Below are positions 43,255-46,547 of a DNA stretch of 46,547 nt, piece after piece. Numbering within the stretch: position 1 is the stretch's first letter; every line of letters starts with the position of its first letter. Source of the DNA: Patescibacteria group bacterium (GTDB taxonomy: Bacteria; Patescibacteriota; Microgenomatia; UBA1400; PJMF01); the NCBI GenBank assembly GCA_049322655.1, contig JBMORP010000006.1, positions 79,863-126,409 on the forward strand, read 5' to 3'. Position numbers and translations under genes: made by a program. Under the pieces are notes generated by a model, which worked only from the letters and a program-made list of their open reading frames with translations, was not told where the DNA came from and made no database searches.

Positions 43255-44229
43255 ATGTCAAGACAGCCACAGCAGGAACGAATTTTAGTCACTGGAGCAG
43301 GTGGTTTTATTGGTCAGCAGATGGTTAGTTTTTTGAAAAACAAAGATTATTGGGTTCGTGGGGTTGATCTCAAAACTCCAGAATACTCGCCTTCCCAGGC
43401 TGATGAGTTTTTATTGCTAGATCTAAGAGACCCACAAAACGCTTTGCAAGTAACCCAAGGAATTGACAAAGTTTATAATTTTGCCGCTAACATGGGTGGC
43501 GTGGGCTTTATCGAGACCGTCAAAGCAGCCGTGATGCATGACAATGTTTTGATTAATGTTAATCTAGCTGAAGCTTGCAAACAAAACCAAGTTAAAAGAA
43601 TCTTTTTTGCTTCATCTGCCTGTATCTACCCGATCTCCAAACAAACAACCACCCAGGTGCTTGCCTTGAAAGAAGCCGAGGCTTATCCAGCTGAGCCAGA
43701 TAACGAGTATGGTTGGGAAAAGCTTTTTTCTGAGCGATTGTTTACGAGTTATGCTCAAGATCATGGTTTGGAGGTCAGAATTGCCAGATACCATAATATT
43801 TATGGCCCAGAGGGAACCTATACTGGTGGTAGAGAAAAAGCGCCAGCTGCCATCTGTCGAAAAATAGCCGAGGTTGAAACTGGCGGGCAGATTGAGGTTT
43901 GGGGTGATGGTGAACAAACTAGATCTTTTTGTTATATCGATGATTGTTTGGAGGGAAGTTATCGCTTAATGGAATCTGCTTGTGATTTTCCCTTAAATAT
44001 TGGTTCTGATCGATTGATTTCAATTAAGCAAATGGTAGAGTTGGTGGCGACAATTGCTGGTAAAAAAATCAGGATCAAACACTTGCTAGATAAACCACAG
44101 GGAGTGAGAGGCAGAAACTCTGATAATACTCTGCTCAAAAAGACTCTACACTGGGAGCCACAAGTAAGTTTGGAAGTTGGTCTCAAAAAAACCTACCATT
44201 GGGTGAAGCAAGAACTTAATAAAAAATAA
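43255..44229 (+). CDS. NAD-dependent epimerase, GDP-mannose 3,5-epimerase-like
   Basis: GAGGFIG, AANMGGVGFI, ASSACIYP, YGWEK, HNIYGP, GGREKAPAAICRK, GVRGRNSDN. Confidence 0.85.
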   Translation: MSRQPQQERILVTGAGGFIGQQMVSFLKNKDYWVRGVDLKTPEYSPSQADEFLLLDLRDPQNALQVTQGIDKVYNFAANMGGVGFIETVKAAVMHDNVLINVNLAEACKQNQVKRIFFASSACIYPISKQTTTQVLALKEAEAYPAEPDNEYGWEKLFSERLFTSYAQDHGLEVRIARYHNIYGPEGTYTGGREKAPAAICRKIAEVETGGQIEVWGDGEQTRSFCYIDDCLEGSYRLMESACDFPLNIGSDRLISIKQMVELVATIAGKKIRIKHLLDKPQGVRGRNSDNTLLKKTLHWEPQVSLEVGLKKTYHWVKQELNKK

Positions 44230-44271
44230 CCACTTGCTCTTTATTTTTAAATGACTGATAAAATACCACTT

Positions 44272-44496
44272 ATGGCAGAAAAACATTCAGGTGATAAAAA
44301 ATTTTGGCAAATGGAACGAATTTGGCGACAAATGAAAGCCAAGCAAGAACCCGGCATGTTTCAAGAAACTCGCGCTTTAGCAGAAATTACTGATCGTTTA
44401 ATGATTCATATGCCTCTAAGAGAAGCAATTAATGTTTTATCTCGTTGGAATTGGTGGCGTAATGGTGATGATCCAGCTGAGGCTGATGTTGAATGA
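44272..44496 (+). CDS. Small hypothetical protein (74 aa from ATG 44272)
   Basis: Open frame. TGaTAAAAT lies 7 nt upstream of ATG 44272 (ORF track starts at 44251). Confidence 0.5.
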   Translation: MAEKHSGDKKFWQMERIWRQMKAKQEPGMFQETRALAEITDRLMIHMPLREAINVLSRWNWWRNGDDPAEADVE

Positions 44497-44498
44497 AT

Positions 44499-44981
44499 TT
44501 AACGCCGACCTTGACCAAAACGACCCTGGCGTTGATCATGGTCTACTCTGCCCTCAGCCTGCCTGACGGCAATTCTCTTTTCTCTCCTAGCTTGACGTTT
44601 AGCCCGATTGCCTTTGAGTTTTTCCCCAGAATTAAGTGGTAACTGCTTGCATGTAACAGGCTGGTCAGCCAGGTGATGAGTAGCGATCCTGCTATCTGGC
44701 ACAAAAACCACTTCAGCAAAAGTAGTGGTGCCAAAGAGATCAATCATAACCGGTGAGAGATTTCGATATTTGGGGTGATTGGCCAGAAAAATAATGAAGT
44801 CTTGGAATTCTGCTAAAGTCAACGCTTCTCGTTGACCCTCATAACCTTTGAACCGTTGGCCCATAAAACCATTCAATGGCCCAGCGTGTTGCATGTAGGC
44901 TTCAACAATATTGGAACCATTATCGTCATGACGACGAAACTCTAGGTGCATACCTGGGGGAATTTTGATGGTTTCAGCCAA
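44499..44981 (-). CDS. Hypothetical protein, 160 aa, with an Arg-rich C-terminal tail
   Basis: Open frame filling the gap between neighbouring genes. TTG start is uncertain. Confidence 0.6.
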   Translation of the reverse strand: MAETIKIPPGMHLEFRRHDDNGSNIVEAYMQHAGPLNGFMGQRFKGYEGQREALTLAEFQDFIIFLANHPKYRNLSPVMIDLFGTTTFAEVVFVPDSRIATHHLADQPVTCKQLPLNSGEKLKGNRAKRQARREKRIAVRQAEGRVDHDQRQGRFGQGRR

Positions 44982-45068
44982 AAAACAATCTTTCCGTTGG
45001 TTGATGTCACCTTAGTTAAACACGTCATACCATGTAGTTACAACTAGCATTTAGTGGATCAGAAAAAG

Positions 45069-46547
45069 TTATGGTTTTAACTGAAGTTGATAAATATTGC
45101 AGGCTTGTTCACAACCATTAGCTATCAAAATTAATGAAAAATTTTGTTTGTATGTTTCAAAATCTTTAATCACATTTTGGTGATGAGTAATATAGGCATT
45201 AGAAATATAAACAGTCTTGTCCTCATCAAGCCAGCTTTGATAAGTTGCTAATAGGTCTTCATAATTAAGATCATTGCCCCACAAGTATTGTTTTTTGTTC
45301 ATAAATTCTTGAGTATACGACAAAGGCAAAACTCGATAAGCTTTTGTTTGATAAGTATCAACTAAAAATGGCGGTAAGGCAGTAATTAATAGGTCTCCAT
45401 CATTTAAGTTATTATTAAAATGAAGAATGGCCTCATATTGCCAGGCTGTAGATTTCCCCAATAAGTTATCGGCAATAATTTGTTTAACTAAAGTTCGTTG
45501 CATAAATAATTGCAACACAATGCCAAAAATGGCTAATGGTATTAAGAGTTTTTTCTTTTCTGGCAAAGCATCAACCAACCAAGCCACACCTAAGACAACT
45601 AATGGCAGGGTGTAAATTAGATAACGAGCATCAGCTACATAAAAAACTAACTGAAGTGGTAATTGTGCTATGAACAAGACAGTTAAGATCCAGAATTTTG
45701 GCCAAAGTTTCTTTTTCCACATGACTACCCAGCTAGCGAGGAAAAGACCGAAAAAGATAAAGTTGGTTAGCCCAACATTGAGCCATAAGAAGAGGCCCTT
45801 ATTAAATAACAGCATTTTGTAATAAGTAATGAAATTGGGGTAAATAAAGCGAGTTCCCTGCCATGAACTTGAATTACTCATTACTGAGTGCAAAAAACTA
45901 TAAGCATTAATTTTGGCAAGTGATAAAAATAATAAAGCCAGTAAAAATAAAGCTAGAGTAAAGAAAATAATGATTAATTTTTTCTTTAAAGCTACTTTTT
46001 GTAAAAATAACAGCGGGATGATTAAAATACCAGCCATTATAATTGGCAAAATAGAATAACGGGTAAATAAGGCACCAATAAAAGCTAAGGTTAATAACGT
46101 ATATTTTTTGTAACCATCAATAAAAAAACTAGTAATTATTGTTGTAAAAAATAATAAAGTTAAATTTTCTGTCATTGGGATGGTGGGTAAAAAAAATAAC
46201 AAGCTATGACTTAATAGAATTAGCATGGCCAAAATTTGGGATAATTTGTTTTTAGTGGTTTTAGTTAATAACCAATAAAAAACACTTAAAAAGCCAACTC
46301 CAATGAGGATATTCATCAAATAAAATGCTATAGGTTGAACAAAGAATAATGCTGGTAAGCCGAGCAACATTGAATAGATAGGTGGTACCCATTGAGTTTT
46401 TTCACCAAATTCAAAAATTAATTTTAATCCATTCCCTAACCAGAAGTTTTTACCACTTAATGCATAAAGAATTCCGTCTGGATATGGCTCTAGATTAAAT
46501 AAAAAATGATTTGGATCAAATAAAGCTGGAAGAGTAATTAGTAAATA
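45069..46547 (-). CDS. GT-C-like polytopic membrane protein (5'-truncated by the window edge)
   Basis: Frame is open to the window end (YLLITLPALFDPNHFLFNLEPYPDGILY...). Many TMs, PMTENL, RYSI, DARY, C-terminal soluble domain. Confidence 0.75.
   Translation of the reverse strand, partial: YLLITLPALFDPNHFLFNLEPYPDGILYALSGKNFWLGNGLKLIFEFGEKTQWVPPIYSMLLGLPALFFVQPIAFYLMNILIGVGFLSVFYWLLTKTTKNKLSQILAMLILLSHSLLFFLPTIPMTENLTLLFFTTIITSFFIDGYKKYTLLTLAFIGALFTRYSILPIIMAGILIIPLLFLQKVALKKKLIIIFFTLALFLLALLFLSLAKINAYSFLHSVMSNSSSWQGTRFIYPNFITYYKMLLFNKGLFLWLNVGLTNFIFFGLFLASWVVMWKKKLWPKFWILTVLFIAQLPLQLVFYVADARYLIYTLPLVVLGVAWLVDALPEKKKLLIPLAIFGIVLQLFMQRTLVKQIIADNLLGKSTAWQYEAILHFNNNLNDGDLLITALPPFLVDTYQTKAYRVLPLSYTQEFMNKKQYLWGNDLNYEDLLATYQSWLDEDKTVYISNAYITHHQNVIKDFETYKQNFSLILIANGCEQACNIYQLQLKP

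Noticed and set aside
221-45615. Numerous 60-120 aa ORFs nested in or antisense to long genes (e.g. 1552-1890, 12680-12904, 19304-19540, 20252-20614, 37820-38077)
   Set aside because: Shadow frames of well-supported genes, lacking their own initiation signals or recognisable motifs.
1-46547. tRNA, rRNA, tmRNA, introns or alternative genetic code
   Set aside because: No cloverleaf or rRNA-like segments in the intergenic gaps, core genes are uninterrupted, and TGA terminates genes such as ileS.

Overview
A 46.5-kb AT-rich chromosomal window, most consistent with a Patescibacteria/CPR bacterium, probably Microgenomates-like. This is inferred from gene content (type-2 IleRS, alpha2 GlyRS, DUF4012 protein, Trm11-like methyltransferase between rplU and rpmA, many GT4/GT2/GT-C genes). 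TGA is used as a stop codon, so the code is table 11. The left half holds core genes: ftsA-ftsZ, ileS-rodA, rplU-MTase-rpmA, an MFS transporter, parB, mraZ-rsmH-ftsL-ftsI, glyS, a HAD hydrolase and recO. The right half is a long surface-glycan locus with ruvCAB embedded in it. I saw no tRNA, rRNA, CRISPR array or transposase. The most striking signal is non-coding: both ileS and glyS are preceded by transcription-attenuating T-box riboswitches. Each has a correctly paired antiterminator, a discriminator-matched UGGN bulge and an intrinsic terminator, but a drastically shortened Stem I with the cognate codon in an apical loop. Other highlights are an unannotated 43-aa Cys-rich microprotein with a full set of expression signals, a GC-rich 100-aa membrane-protein cassette with a structured leader, repeated leaderless-mRNA signatures, a kinase-fold protein with swapped catalytic residues, and a 725-aa PLP-enzyme fusion. 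All RNA folds, promoter calls and GC figures are manual readings. No database search was possible, so novelty is unverified.
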